A stretch of 64,000 bases of DNA from an uncultured cyanobacterium (GCA_963803805.1 CAWDOD010000011.1:384001-448000); one strand, 5' to 3'. Counted from the first letter of the stretch, positions 1 to 10,890 are shown. Made by a program: numbers and translations. Notes: a model not told the origin generated them from the letters alone.

Positions 1-603
1 TATACCTTGCCTTGCTAATTCTGTTAAAGTAGTAGCAAAATCTGGTGTTTTGAAAATATTTCCTGCCTGCAATCTTTTTCCTTGAGAGAAAAACAAATTT
101 CTTGATTCAGGAGAAGTGCTAAGAATTGGTTCGAGAATTGTAAAACAAAAGTCTTGAAACTTGCTAACCTTCACTCCCTTAGTAGCATAATCAATAGCTG
201 GTTGGGCAACTTCCCAAAAAGGTAACCTACCTAGTTTTTCTTGTATAGCAAATAATCCAGCCATATTACCAGGTACAGCCATTGCTCCTTTGCCAATATG
301 AAAAATTTGTTTCGCTCCACCAAAGTTAACTTCAACGGGGCGAAAATCAAGGGCTGAGGGAGGCGTTTTGAGCTGTGGAGTTTGGCAAAAAAAGTCAAAT
401 AAAAGTTGTTGATTATTTTGAGTATGAGCAAGCAGAAAACCTCCTCCGGCGGCTGAAGTTAAACAAGGTTCTACTATAAAAGAAGCCAATACGGCTGCTA
501 CGGCAGCGTCAAAAGCATTACCTCCTAAAGCAAACATTGCTTGTCCAGCTTCTACCGTTTTCTGATGCCCAGCCGCGATCGCACCACGAGTTTTAGAAAT
601 CAT
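1..603 (-). CDS. ggt: Gamma-glutamyltransferase, N-terminal part (runs off the window start)
   Basis: Not in ORF track. Manual translation from ATG at 603: MISKTRGAIAAGHQKTVEAGQAMFALGGNAFDAAVAAVLASFIVEPCLTSAAGGGFLLAH, the typical GGT N-terminus (GGNAxDAA...EP...GGGF). Confidence 0.9.
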   Translation of the reverse strand, partial: MISKTRGAIAAGHQKTVEAGQAMFALGGNAFDAAVAAVLASFIVEPCLTSAAGGGFLLAHTQNNQQLLFDFFCQTPQLKTPPSALDFRPVEVNFGGAKQIFHIGKGAMAVPGNMAGLFAIQEKLGRLPFWEVAQPAIDYATKGVKVSKFQDFCFTILEPILSTSPESRNLFFSQGKRLQAGNIFKTPDFATTLTELARQGI

Positions 604-660
604 TTATCATTTATCATTAAACATTTATTGTTTATGATTAATTTTTGGTAATAGCTATAT

Positions 661-1323
661 TTATTCAATCTCTGAGTCTTGCTCTTTATTGAGCAAACAT
701 TGTTGAGAAAACAACTTTATTTTAAATTCACTTAACTCTTTTTCTTGTCGTCTAATCGCTGTTAAATTAGTAGGAACTGTTTCTGCCTTGGCTGCTTGGA
801 TAATTAACTCTTGAGCTTGTTTATACTCAGTAGAAGAGTTATCTATATCAATATCAGCAAGTAAAGTCACTGCCTCCCTAATTTGTTCTAATTCGGGACG
901 GGAACTTTCTATCATCTCTTTTAGTTGATCAAGCTTAAAGGTTATTTCCTCCCGGTTCTTTTTGATAGGTTGTTCAGTTAATTTTAATTGATAGAGCTTT
1001 TCTAAAGCAACTTTAATTTTTTCCGGGATTTGTTCTGCATTACTAGCAGCTAATCGAGAAGAAGCAGCTAATAAAATTGGGGAAGCATTTTCTTTGATAT
1101 CTAAGTTGATTTTCGTAGAAGGAAAACCAATTTCTGCACTAGCTATATCCATATTTTCTCTTAATAGTTGGCATTCCTTTTTAAGTTGCTCATTTTGAGC
1201 AATTTGTGCTTCTGCTTGCAATTGTTTTTCTTTTTGGGCTGCGCGATCACAACCAGAGAGGTAAAATGAAGCAAATAATAAGGTGACGAACAAAAAAAAC
1301 TTTTTCAAAAAATAATCAAACAT
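661..1323 (-). CDS. Hypothetical lipoprotein, coiled-coil rich
   Basis: 220-aa ORF; hydrophobic N-terminus with lipobox-like LSGC; Q/E/K-rich helical body. Confidence 0.6.
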   Translation of the reverse strand: MFDYFLKKFFLFVTLLFASFYLSGCDRAAQKEKQLQAEAQIAQNEQLKKECQLLRENMDIASAEIGFPSTKINLDIKENASPILLAASSRLAASNAEQIPEKIKVALEKLYQLKLTEQPIKKNREEITFKLDQLKEMIESSRPELEQIREAVTLLADIDIDNSSTEYKQAQELIIQAAKAETVPTNLTAIRRQEKELSEFKIKLFSQQCLLNKEQDSEIE

Positions 1324-1420
1324 CGCTTTTTTTATTAATATTCAATCTGCAAGCTTAAAATTAATAGACAAATAACTAAACTAGAATATTGCATTGTCAA
1401 CAACCAGTTACAGGAAACAG

Positions 1421-2038
1421 ATGAACAAATTTCTCAGATTCCCAGTTAAAACCTGGCTTAGCAAATTATCTGTTATTTGTTTTAGTATTATTACTTTAAT
1501 ACTGGTTGGTCAAAAGCAGACTAGTAATGCTTCTAATCCTCCCACCATAGAAATCAATGCTGAATTAGAAGCATTACTAAAAACCATTAAATTAAAGCCC
1601 CAGCTACCTCCTTTAAAAGAAACTTCTCTCTATTTGCCAGAAGTACCTCAAACTATACGTTTAGTACTTAAATTAACAGAACGCAGAGTTTATTTATATC
1701 GAGGCCAAGAAATAAAAGTTAGCTATCCTGTGGCAATTGGCAAGAAGAGTACTCCAACCCCAAAAGGAGAGTATAAAGTAATTCAAATGATTATTGATCC
1801 TGCTTGGGAAAATCCTTGGACAGGAGAAATTTCCCTTCCAGGAAAAGCAAGCCCTCTCGGTTTGAGGTGGATTGGCTTTTGGACAGATGGCAAAGACTAC
1901 ATAGGCTTTCATGGTACTCCCAATCGTGACTCTATTGGTCAAGCCGCTTCTAATGGTTGCCTTAGAATGTTTAACGAAGATGTAGTAGCCCTATTTAAGG
2001 AAGTAGAAATGGGTACTACCGTCATTGTAGAACCTTGA
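1421..2038 (+). CDS. L,D-transpeptidase (YkuD family)
   Basis: YPVAIGK, TPKGEY, IGFHGT...ASNGCLRM catalytic motif; ATG at 1421 preferred over TTG at 1394. Confidence 0.9.
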   Translation: MNKFLRFPVKTWLSKLSVICFSIITLILVGQKQTSNASNPPTIEINAELEALLKTIKLKPQLPPLKETSLYLPEVPQTIRLVLKLTERRVYLYRGQEIKVSYPVAIGKKSTPTPKGEYKVIQMIIDPAWENPWTGEISLPGKASPLGLRWIGFWTDGKDYIGFHGTPNRDSIGQAASNGCLRMFNEDVVALFKEVEMGTTVIVEP

Positions 2039-2065
2039 GAGGAGATGATGATTAATGAATTTGTA

Positions 2066-3043
2066 CTATTTCTGTGCCATCCCTTGAGAATAATCATTAA
2101 TCACCAATCGCCAATTATTTCTATTTCCTAAATCAAGAAAATAACCTTGATGTTTTTGCCATTCTTGCCATTTTTGATAGCGTTTGTTTTGTAGAGATTC
2201 AGTCAAAGTTGGTAGATATTTTTCCACCTTGCCATCACAACAGTCATTTAAAAAATTCTTCAAAACAAAACTATCTTGAAACTCTCCTAACACCCCTTGC
2301 ATATCTTTAACTCGCTCAAGATAAGCTTGATATTCATCGCCATAAAATTGCGTAAATAAATCCATTTGGTAGCGAGTCTTTTTCCCTCGTTTACGCAGTT
2401 TGTGCAGTTTCTCTTCCTGAGTTGCTAAAATCTCTTCAACTTGCTTTCGCTCTAACTCTTCAGGAAAAATACATTCTCCCCCTTGCACTTTAACTCCCAC
2501 TAACCAAGCTGGATCAAGAAGTAATTGACTAACTTGAGGCAAAAGCAAATCTGGTAAAATCTGCTTAACCTCTAAAGCGGCGATCGCCTGAAATTGAGGT
2601 TCTTGTAACCAATCTTGAAATGATTTTTGTAGCTTCTGGTATTTTTTTCCTTGAAGAGTAGCTTCAACTTCTTTAAAAGTTGTACGACGTTGCTTTGCTA
2701 ACCGTTTAAAAATTTTATCTAAATGCTTTCTTTCGGCTTTAGGTAGCTCTGAATAATAACCTTCTTGCAAAGTCTTCTGCAAAACATCAAGATCTCGCAA
2801 CTCTCCTAACTTACGGGCGATATGGGCAACGTTTTTTTCCCTAGCTGCTTTAGGTAAATCAATTGCCGGAGCAAAACCACTAATAGCACTGCGTAAACGT
2901 CGCATACCAATACGCATTTTATGTAATTTTTCCGGATTTTTGTCTGCCAATACCCCTGCTTCATATTTACTCATTTTACGGAAATGTTTGGCGATCGCTA
3001 AATAAGCCCAATCTCCAAATGTTTTGCTTTTTTGGCCAGACAT
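2066..3043 (-). CDS. CHAD domain protein
   Basis: LHKMRIGMRRLRS, LGELRDLDV, LHKLRKRGKKTRY and LGEFQD motifs. Confidence 0.9.
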   Translation of the reverse strand: MSGQKSKTFGDWAYLAIAKHFRKMSKYEAGVLADKNPEKLHKMRIGMRRLRSAISGFAPAIDLPKAAREKNVAHIARKLGELRDLDVLQKTLQEGYYSELPKAERKHLDKIFKRLAKQRRTTFKEVEATLQGKKYQKLQKSFQDWLQEPQFQAIAALEVKQILPDLLLPQVSQLLLDPAWLVGVKVQGGECIFPEELERKQVEEILATQEEKLHKLRKRGKKTRYQMDLFTQFYGDEYQAYLERVKDMQGVLGEFQDSFVLKNFLNDCCDGKVEKYLPTLTESLQNKRYQKWQEWQKHQGYFLDLGNRNNWRLVINDYSQGMAQK

Positions 3044-3100
3044 TCTTGCAATTATTTGATGACATCGGCTTAATTATAAGTTCAATCTTTCTCCTTTCAA

Positions 3101-3952
3101 CTAACCGTTCAAAATTTCACCATGGTGACGTAGATGATCAGCAATAAAACTACTCACAAAGAAGTAACCATGATCGTATCCCTCGTGATAGCGTAAATTC
3201 ACAGCTTGACCAACTTCTTCACAAGCTTGGGCAAATACTTCAGGTTTTAATTCATTATCCAAGAAAAAAGAATCCGCTTTACCTTGATCGAGCAAAATTA
3301 AAGTATTAAGCTGAGTTTGCTTAACCAACTCCGTAGCATCGTAAGCCTGCCAATGGTTGCGATCCGTACCTAAATAACTAGTAAATACTTGTGGCCCCAA
3401 TGTAGTAGATATTGGGGCAGCAATGGGGGCAAAAGCAGAAACGGATTGATACATTCCGGGATTTTTCAAAGCACAAATTAATGCCCCGTGACCTCCCATA
3501 GAATGCCCAAAAATGCCTTGCTTTTTTGGTTTAACAGAAAAATTCGCCGCGATTAAATCTGGTAATTCTTGCACAACATAACTATACATTTGATAGTGCT
3601 TTTGCCAAGGTGCAACGGTAGCATCAAGATAAAAACCAGCACCAGTACCCAAAAACCATTCTTCATCTTCTCCTGGAGTATTGGTATTGCGGGGGCTAGT
3701 ATCAGGAGCAACCAACATCAAGCCATACTCCGCTGCCCAGCGTTGCGCCCCAGCTTTTATGGTGAAATTATCTTCTGTGCAGGTTAAACCAGAAAGATAG
3801 TAAAGTATAGGCACAGGTTGAAATTGGGCTTGGGGAGGGAGATAAACTGCAAAATTCATCTCGCAGTTGCAGGTTTGAGATTGGTGGCTGTAGTAAGCGA
3901 CTTTACCACCAAAACAACGGTGTTCCTGTTTTAGGTTTAGGGAATTGGTCAT
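3101..3952 (-). CDS. fghA: S-formylglutathione hydrolase
   Basis: LSGLTCT, GAGFYLDAT, GHSMGGHGA and GYDHGYFF motifs. Confidence 0.95.
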   Translation of the reverse strand: MTNSLNLKQEHRCFGGKVAYYSHQSQTCNCEMNFAVYLPPQAQFQPVPILYYLSGLTCTEDNFTIKAGAQRWAAEYGLMLVAPDTSPRNTNTPGEDEEWFLGTGAGFYLDATVAPWQKHYQMYSYVVQELPDLIAANFSVKPKKQGIFGHSMGGHGALICALKNPGMYQSVSAFAPIAAPISTTLGPQVFTSYLGTDRNHWQAYDATELVKQTQLNTLILLDQGKADSFFLDNELKPEVFAQACEEVGQAVNLRYHEGYDHGYFFVSSFIADHLRHHGEILNG

Positions 3953-4001
3953 ATAAAGAAGGATTCACTAAAAATCATTGAAGTGATTTATGTGTGGCAT
4001 T

Positions 4002-6032
4002 TTATCTTGCTGGGGGCAAACTTAACTGAGGTTGTTCCCGAACAACGGTAACTTTCGGACTAGCTTTGAGATTAGTAACCTCATCTTCTAAAAGCCATTG
4101 ACGAATCAATCTTGCTGCTGCCCTTTGAGCCAAACCGCTAGCAATTTTTTGTCCCATCGCTTGAGTTTCTGGTTTTGTTAATAACTTTGGTATCAGGTTT
4201 AAAACAGTATTAGCTTCAAAACCAGGGGTTTCTTGTAAAATCCCCCAAATACGCTTGATATGTTCTAGGCTTTGGGAATTATCCTCTAAATCAGGAGGAG
4301 TTTCCTGTACTGCCATACCAATTTGTTGCCGTAACCCAGAAGAAAAATTAAACCAACTCCTCCTGCCTAAAGTATCCAAAGCTTTAACAATCTCACTAGT
4401 TAAGCGCTCGCGGATGAAATCACCTCGCGCAGAAAAGAGAAAATCTAAAGCTTGATCAAGAACATTAGCAAAATCATAATCCTGACTGCTACGGGCATTA
4501 AGAAGAAGATTTTCTAAACGGTTCCAACGAAAGCTACCATCTTGGAAAAGCAGATCCCGCAAAGAAGAGCGTAACTCCTGGGAAGGATCAGTAAGCAGGC
4601 GCTTGGCGATGTAAGGATAGGCTTTACTTAATACTTTGAAGTTGGGGTCAATATTAATAGCTATACCTTCGAGAGTGACCATAGAGCGGATAATCAGAGC
4701 ATAATAAGCTGGTACTCGGAAGGGAAATTCGTACATCATATTGGACATTTGGTCAGTGATGCTTTTAAAGTTTAATTCTGCAACACTGGCTCCCAGAGCA
4801 TTATTAAACACCCCAGCTAAAGCAGGAATAATAGGTCTAAGGTCAGTATCCGGAGTCAAAAACTCCAAGTTGACATAATCGTGGGCGAGGGCTTCAAAAT
4901 CTCTATTAACGAGGTGAACCACAGCCTCAATTAAACCGTAGCGTTGATGGGGCTTAATGGTACTCATCATACCGAAATCCAGGTAAGCAAGTTTACCATC
5001 GGGGGTGGCTAATAAATTACCAGGATGGGGATCGGCATGGAAAAAACCATGTTCTAATAACTGCCGCAAGGAACACTCAACTCCCACTTCCACTAAATGA
5101 GCAGCATCAATACCTTGAGCTTGAATTGCTGTGAGGTTCGTTAACTTTGTTCCCACTATCCATTCCATAGTTAGGACACGTTTGCCAGTATAATCCCAAT
5201 GAATTTGGGGAATATAAATTTCTGGTAAATAATCGTATAATTCGGCGAAACGCTCAGCATTTCGTCCTTCTAAAGAGTAGTCCAGTTCTTCATAAATCCT
5301 TGCGGCTAGTTCATCTGTGATACCAACTAAATCACTACGTACCCTCTTAATATTATTTTGCGCCCACTGTGCAAGGTTACGCATCAGGTAAATATCTAAA
5401 GCCACCCTTTCGAGCAAATCAGGACGTTGCACCTTAACCGCAACATCTTCTCCAGTTTTGAGCTTACCTTTATAAACTTGTCCCAAGGAAGCCGCCGCCA
5501 CAGGATCAGGAGAAAGTTGGGCATAAATTTCGTGGGGATGCTTTCCTAATTCTTCCTCAATTAACTGAAAAGCAACTTCATTGGGAAAAGGAGGTAGCTG
5601 ATCTTGTAGCTTAACTAGCTCTTCAAGGTAAGTTGGTGGTAGTAAATCAGGGCGTGTAGAAAGGGCTTGGCCAATTTTGATGTAAGTGGGACCGAGGGAA
5701 GTGATCACCTCTCTTAATTTAACTGCTCGCCGTCGGCTATTTTTCGCCACTTGACCCGTGATTTTGTCTAACCATAGCTTGATCCCAAAAGAAAGAAATG
5801 GGGCAATAATCGCCACTGCTCTTCCTAATACTTTCAGAGGACGACAGCGATAATGTTGTTTAATTAAATTGGGATCGTAACGCTCGACTGTAGAGAGGGG
5901 AAACCCAAGAACAACTCGCCCTTCGTCTTGGGGAGGCGATGGTAGCGAATCTGGATTTATCTCTAGATTTGCCTGGGTAATAGGAACTGATTTTTTTTTA
6001 TATGAAGCTAAGGATAAATTGTTCTCTTTCAT
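4002..6032 (-). CDS. ABC1/AarF/UbiB family atypical kinase
   Basis: LGPTYIKIGQALSTRPD, AAASLGQVY, VAVKVQRP, FFHADPHPGN, LDFGMM. Confidence 0.95.
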   Translation of the reverse strand: MKENNLSLASYKKKSVPITQANLEINPDSLPSPPQDEGRVVLGFPLSTVERYDPNLIKQHYRCRPLKVLGRAVAIIAPFLSFGIKLWLDKITGQVAKNSRRRAVKLREVITSLGPTYIKIGQALSTRPDLLPPTYLEELVKLQDQLPPFPNEVAFQLIEEELGKHPHEIYAQLSPDPVAAASLGQVYKGKLKTGEDVAVKVQRPDLLERVALDIYLMRNLAQWAQNNIKRVRSDLVGITDELAARIYEELDYSLEGRNAERFAELYDYLPEIYIPQIHWDYTGKRVLTMEWIVGTKLTNLTAIQAQGIDAAHLVEVGVECSLRQLLEHGFFHADPHPGNLLATPDGKLAYLDFGMMSTIKPHQRYGLIEAVVHLVNRDFEALAHDYVNLEFLTPDTDLRPIIPALAGVFNNALGASVAELNFKSITDQMSNMMYEFPFRVPAYYALIIRSMVTLEGIAINIDPNFKVLSKAYPYIAKRLLTDPSQELRSSLRDLLFQDGSFRWNRLENLLLNARSSQDYDFANVLDQALDFLFSARGDFIRERLTSEIVKALDTLGRRSWFNFSSGLRQQIGMAVQETPPDLEDNSQSLEHIKRIWGILQETPGFEANTVLNLIPKLLTKPETQAMGQKIASGLAQRAAARLIRQWLLEDEVTNLKASPKVTVVREQPQLSLPPAR

Positions 6033-6170
6033 AATTTTTAAATTAACTAACGCGAGCTTTTTCCCCTGTGAAGTATTGTAACAATCCTAGTTATCAACGT
6101 TAGTATGAAAAAAACTTTTCCTCTACGGTGATTCCTATAACTTTAGAAATAGATTTTGAACTGAAATTAA

Positions 6171-7970
6171 ATGCTTCTTTCCTTGCAAATCCGTAATTTT
6201 GCTTTGATTGACCAGCTAGAAGTGGATTTGGGAGCTGGTATCAATGTCTTAACTGGTGAAACTGGTGCGGGTAAGTCAATTATTCTCGATGCCATTGATG
6301 TTGTCTTAGGAGGGAGAGTAAATAATCGCTTAATTCGCAGTGGCACTAAAAAAGCCATGGTAGAAGCAACCTTCCAAATAGATAGTACTTTGGAACAATG
6401 GTTACAGGAGCAAGAAATTGATCCCCTAGACGAAGGGAGTCTTATTTGTTGTCGAGAAATTGCTGTTGGTAAAGGTAGCCTGCGCTCGCGCTCTCGCGTT
6501 AATGGTGTTCTGGTTAATCGTGCTTTCATGGAACAATTGCGCCCCCGTCTAGTAGAAATTACTGCCCAAGGGCAAACTGTACAGTTAATGGTTCCAGCTA
6601 TTCAGCGACAACTCCTAGATTATTATGGCGGGGAACCCCTCCTTAAACAGAGACAAAAAGTAGGTAAGGCTTATAAAGTTTATCAAGAAGCACAACAAGC
6701 TCTTGTAAAACGTCGTCAATCGGAGCAAGAACGCTTGCAAAGGCTAGATTGGCTAGAATATCAAACCCAGGAATTAACAGCAGCCAACCTAGATGATGCC
6801 GACGAATTAACCAAATTAGAAATAGAACGAGACAGACTTTCTCATGTAGTTGAATTACAAAACCTTAGTTATAAAACCTACCAACTGCTTTATCAAAATG
6901 ATAGTGATGGCGTAGCGGCGGCAGATCTATTAGGCCAAGGAGAAGGTATTTTAACGGAGATGGCAGAATATGACCGTAGCTTGGAACCCCTTTTAGAAAG
7001 CGTTAAGGGGGCTTTGATGGAAATTGTCGCCGCCGGACAGCAAATTAATGCCTACGGAGATAGTCTCGAAACAGATCCTCAGCAACTAGAGATCTTAGAA
7101 GAAAGGGTTAGCCTCCTCAAACAAATTTGTCGTAAATATGGCCCCAACCTTCCCGAAGTGATCGCCTATTATCAAAAGCTTCAAGAAGAACTAGAAGAAC
7201 TCACTGATGATAGCCAAGCCCTAGAGGTATTAGAACAAGAATACGCTCAATGTCAGGAAAAGTTAACCAAAGACTGCCAAAAATTAACTAAATTACGACA
7301 AAAAGCGGCGGTGCAGTTAGAAAAAAGATTAATCGCTGAACTTAAACCTTTAGCCATGGAAAAAGTACAATTTGAGTGCCGAATCACCCCCACTGAACCG
7401 ACTTCTTCCGGTGGGGATCGCATTGTTTTCTACTTTAGTCCTAATCCTGGTGAAAATGTCCAGCCCCTAGCCTCAACTGCTTCAGGAGGGGAAATGAGCC
7501 GCTTTTTATTGGCCCTAAAAGCTTGTTTTACCAATTCACAAGACAATGGTGCTACTCTCGTTTTTGATGAAATTGATACTGGGGTTTCTGGTAGAGTAGC
7601 TCAAGCGATTGCTGAAAAACTCCATCAATTAAGCAAACATCACCAAATTCTCTGTGTTACCCATCAACCCTTAATTGCAGCCATGGCAGATGTTCACTTC
7701 CGAGTAGACAAAGAAGTGATTGATCCCTTACCTTTAGTGGCAAGAAAAACCAAGAGTAACAAAACCTCCAAAAGTGACTTTGTTGCAGAAATACCAGAGA
7801 TTCGCACTGTGGTTCGCCTTACTAGCTTAAAAGACAGCCTGCGCCGTAAAGAAGAACTAGCTCAATTAGCTGGGGGAAAATCGGCTCAAGACGCTATGGC
7901 TTTTGCTGAGTCCCTACTCTCCAAAGCCGCAGCTCATCGCCAAGAGCATAAATTAGTAATTAGTGATTAA
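6171..7970 (+). CDS. recN: DNA repair protein RecN
   Basis: Walker A TGETGAGKS, ASGGEMSRFLLAL, VFDEIDTGVSG, CVTHQP. Confidence 0.97.
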   Translation: MLLSLQIRNFALIDQLEVDLGAGINVLTGETGAGKSIILDAIDVVLGGRVNNRLIRSGTKKAMVEATFQIDSTLEQWLQEQEIDPLDEGSLICCREIAVGKGSLRSRSRVNGVLVNRAFMEQLRPRLVEITAQGQTVQLMVPAIQRQLLDYYGGEPLLKQRQKVGKAYKVYQEAQQALVKRRQSEQERLQRLDWLEYQTQELTAANLDDADELTKLEIERDRLSHVVELQNLSYKTYQLLYQNDSDGVAAADLLGQGEGILTEMAEYDRSLEPLLESVKGALMEIVAAGQQINAYGDSLETDPQQLEILEERVSLLKQICRKYGPNLPEVIAYYQKLQEELEELTDDSQALEVLEQEYAQCQEKLTKDCQKLTKLRQKAAVQLEKRLIAELKPLAMEKVQFECRITPTEPTSSGGDRIVFYFSPNPGENVQPLASTASGGEMSRFLLALKACFTNSQDNGATLVFDEIDTGVSGRVAQAIAEKLHQLSKHHQILCVTHQPLIAAMADVHFRVDKEVIDPLPLVARKTKSNKTSKSDFVAEIPEIRTVVRLTSLKDSLRRKEELAQLAGGKSAQDAMAFAESLLSKAAAHRQEHKLVISD

Positions 7971-8286
7971 AAATGGGAAAAATGAAGTTAAGGGCAGAAA
8001 AACTAGGTAATAAATTAAGCTCTGGCACAATTGTTTCCCCTTAGCATCTACGAAATTAGCCAGAAAGGACATTGATAGTAACCAAGGCAAACTAATATTA
8101 ATAATACTGTTGCCAAAATACCAAAGTTAAATTAGTGTTCAAAATAAATTCACAAGAGTAAACTAGGGATTAGTTTCTCCATTACTAACCCGTGGAAAGC
8201 TCTTAACTGGATAGTTAATTTCCTTTAAAGTACTCTCAAGCTTACTTAAGTACTCTCAATCCTCACCCAAGTTTTCGTGAAGAGAT

Positions 8287-10890
8287 ATGACTGCTGCATC
8301 TTCTCAACCCTCATCCTTAAAACAACACGACGGTCAAACTATAGAAGCTGAAGTCGTAGGTGAAAATCATAACCATGTTAACCAACCGTCTTCTGGCAGT
8401 GCCTTAGCGACAACAGGAGGTAGCTTTTCCACTTTCCTTGCTCCTTTAGATCAAGGCTCTTTTGGAGACGTTGTTGAAGGCGTAGAAGACAAACTACGGA
8501 TTGTTAATCAAACCCTATCCATGCTGGACAACGTGCTGGATAGTCAGGGTTTTGATGCCATCCTTGATGAAATGTTGCAATCCATCTCCTTGAAGACTGG
8601 AGAATTGTTGGGTGCTGATCGGACTACCATTTATTTATTGGATGACGACGAGGACGAACTAGTTTCTATCGTAGCTAAGGGTGAAGATGGTAAGCCTTTA
8701 GAAATTCGTATTCCCATTGGTATAGGTATTGCTGGAGCAGTAGCGGAGTCGAAAGAAGTTGTCAATATCCCCTACGATTTTTACGACGATTACCGCTCAG
8801 CCTCAGCGAAAAAGTTTGATAAGAAAAATGGCTATCGTACTTATACGATGCTGGTTTTACCCCTACTCGATACCCAGCAAAAACTAGTTGCTGTGGTGCA
8901 GTTAATTAATAAATTACAGCCCAATACAAGTCCTGATGCTCCTTTAGAAGAAAAGGTTAACAAAGAAGGATTTACAGAGGAAGATGTCAAATTATTTAAT
9001 GAATTTGCCACCTCAATTCAACTCATATTAGAATCCTCTCGCTCTTTTTATAAAGCAACCCAAAGACAAAGAGCAGCCAACGCCTTAATAGAAGCAACCA
9101 ACTCCCTAAGTAAGAGTAGCTTAGACTTAGACGCTACCTTAAGGACAGTCATGGATGCGGCTAAAAAGCTGATGAATGCTGACCGCAGCACTCTTTGGTT
9201 AATTGATGAAGACAAAAATGACCTCTGGACAAAGATCCCGATGCCCGATGGCTCTTTAAAAGAAATTAGAGTTTCCATTGGGGTAGGATTTGCGGGGAGG
9301 GTAGGAGAAACCGGAGAAACTCTCATAATTGGTTTTGACCTTTATGACCATCCCGATGCAGAAAACGCCAAGAAAACTGATCCGAAAACAGGATATCGTA
9401 CCTGTAGCCTTCTCTGTATGCCAGTATTTAATGCCGATGGCAAGTTAATCGGTGTTACCCAACTATTAAACAAAAAGCGGCAAGGAGAATATCCTCCCTA
9501 CGATCCCGATACCTGGCCCGAAGCCCCCGAATGTTGGAAAGCGAGCTTCAATGGCAGCGACCAAGAATTTATGAAAGCTTTCAATATTCAAGCCGGGGTA
9601 GCCCTACAAAATGCCAAGCTTTTTGATCAAGTTAAACAGCAAGAACAAATGCAGAGGGATATCTTGCGGAGTTTAACCAATGGAGTAATTTCTACCGATA
9701 AAGCAGGACGTGTCATCGCCGCCAACGAAAGAGCAAAAAATTTATTAGGTTTTCATAACTTAGAAGCCTTAGAAGGAGAAAAGGTTGTTGATTTAATTAA
9801 TATCAAAGAGGGAAAATTTGCCGCTTGGTTTGAGCAAGCCCTCTCTCCTAATGATGAGCGTACCAATCGAGAGCAGTATTACCCTGATCGCACCTTACTC
9901 GCCGACGAAGAAGAACATAGCGTTAACCTCTCCATTAACTCCATCAGCGATGCTAGGGATGCTAGCAACGTTTATGGGGCTTTGGTGGTTATGGAAGATA
10001 TTTCTGATGAAAAGCGTCTCAAGAGTACTATGTACCGTTATATGACCCAGGAATTAGCCGAAGAGTTACTCAAACTAGGGGACGCAAAATTAGGGGGCGA
10101 TCGCAAAGAAGTTACTGTTCTATTTTCCGATATTCGTAGCTACACCAGCTTAACGGAGAAACTCAAAGCTGAAGAAGTTGTCGGTATGCTCAACGGTTAC
10201 TTTGAAAGTATGGTTGAGGCTGTCTTCAAGCATAAAGGAACCTTAGATAAATACATCGGTGACGCGATTATGGCTGTTTTTGGTTCTCCTTTACCCTTAG
10301 AAGATCATGCTTGGAAAGCCGTACAAACTGCTTTGGAAATGCGTGAACGCTTGAGTCTTTTCAACGAAGAGCGGTTAAAAGAAGATAAGGTTCCTATCCG
10401 CATTGGGATTGGTATCAACTCTGGCTCAGTAATTAGTGGTAACATCGGTTCTAGTAAGCGGATGGAGTTCACTGCCATTGGTGATGGAGTAAACTTAAGC
10501 TCCCGCTTAGAAGGTGCTAGTAAGCAATATGGCTGCGATATTATTATTAGCGAAAATACTTATGAACCTTGTAAAGACCAAGTAATTGTCAGGGAGTTGG
10601 ATCGTATTAAAGTTAAAGGAAAGAATTTACCTGTATCTATTTACGAATTACTAGGTAAAAAAGGAGATACCCTTTCCCCCCAACAAGAGCAGATTGTCGA
10701 ACTTTATCACGATGGCAGAAAGCTTTACCTCAGCCGCGACTTTGTTGGTGCAGTAGGTAAGTTTGCCCAAGTTATGGGTATAGATAAAGATAATAAAGCA
10801 GCCAAGCTACATATGGAGCGCTGTCAGCATTTCCTAGCTGAGCCTCCAGAGGGTGATTGGGATGGAGTTTGGACAATGACATCAAAGTGA
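8287..10890 (+). CDS. Class III adenylate cyclase, GAF-GAF-PAS-catalytic-TPR architecture (CyaB type)
   Basis: Two GAF domains with NK...F...D motifs; PAS-like region; FSDIRSYT, DKYIGDAIMA and TAIGDGVNLSSRLEG; C-terminal WDGVW. Confidence 0.93.
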   Translation: MTAASSQPSSLKQHDGQTIEAEVVGENHNHVNQPSSGSALATTGGSFSTFLAPLDQGSFGDVVEGVEDKLRIVNQTLSMLDNVLDSQGFDAILDEMLQSISLKTGELLGADRTTIYLLDDDEDELVSIVAKGEDGKPLEIRIPIGIGIAGAVAESKEVVNIPYDFYDDYRSASAKKFDKKNGYRTYTMLVLPLLDTQQKLVAVVQLINKLQPNTSPDAPLEEKVNKEGFTEEDVKLFNEFATSIQLILESSRSFYKATQRQRAANALIEATNSLSKSSLDLDATLRTVMDAAKKLMNADRSTLWLIDEDKNDLWTKIPMPDGSLKEIRVSIGVGFAGRVGETGETLIIGFDLYDHPDAENAKKTDPKTGYRTCSLLCMPVFNADGKLIGVTQLLNKKRQGEYPPYDPDTWPEAPECWKASFNGSDQEFMKAFNIQAGVALQNAKLFDQVKQQEQMQRDILRSLTNGVISTDKAGRVIAANERAKNLLGFHNLEALEGEKVVDLINIKEGKFAAWFEQALSPNDERTNREQYYPDRTLLADEEEHSVNLSINSISDARDASNVYGALVVMEDISDEKRLKSTMYRYMTQELAEELLKLGDAKLGGDRKEVTVLFSDIRSYTSLTEKLKAEEVVGMLNGYFESMVEAVFKHKGTLDKYIGDAIMAVFGSPLPLEDHAWKAVQTALEMRERLSLFNEERLKEDKVPIRIGIGINSGSVISGNIGSSKRMEFTAIGDGVNLSSRLEGASKQYGCDIIISENTYEPCKDQVIVRELDRIKVKGKNLPVSIYELLGKKGDTLSPQQEQIVELYHDGRKLYLSRDFVGAVGKFAQVMGIDKDNKAAKLHMERCQHFLAEPPEGDWDGVWTMTSK

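Noticed and set aside
231-431. 66-aa minus-strand ORF from the ORF track
   Set aside because: Alternative frame inside ggt (1-603), which has clear family motifs.
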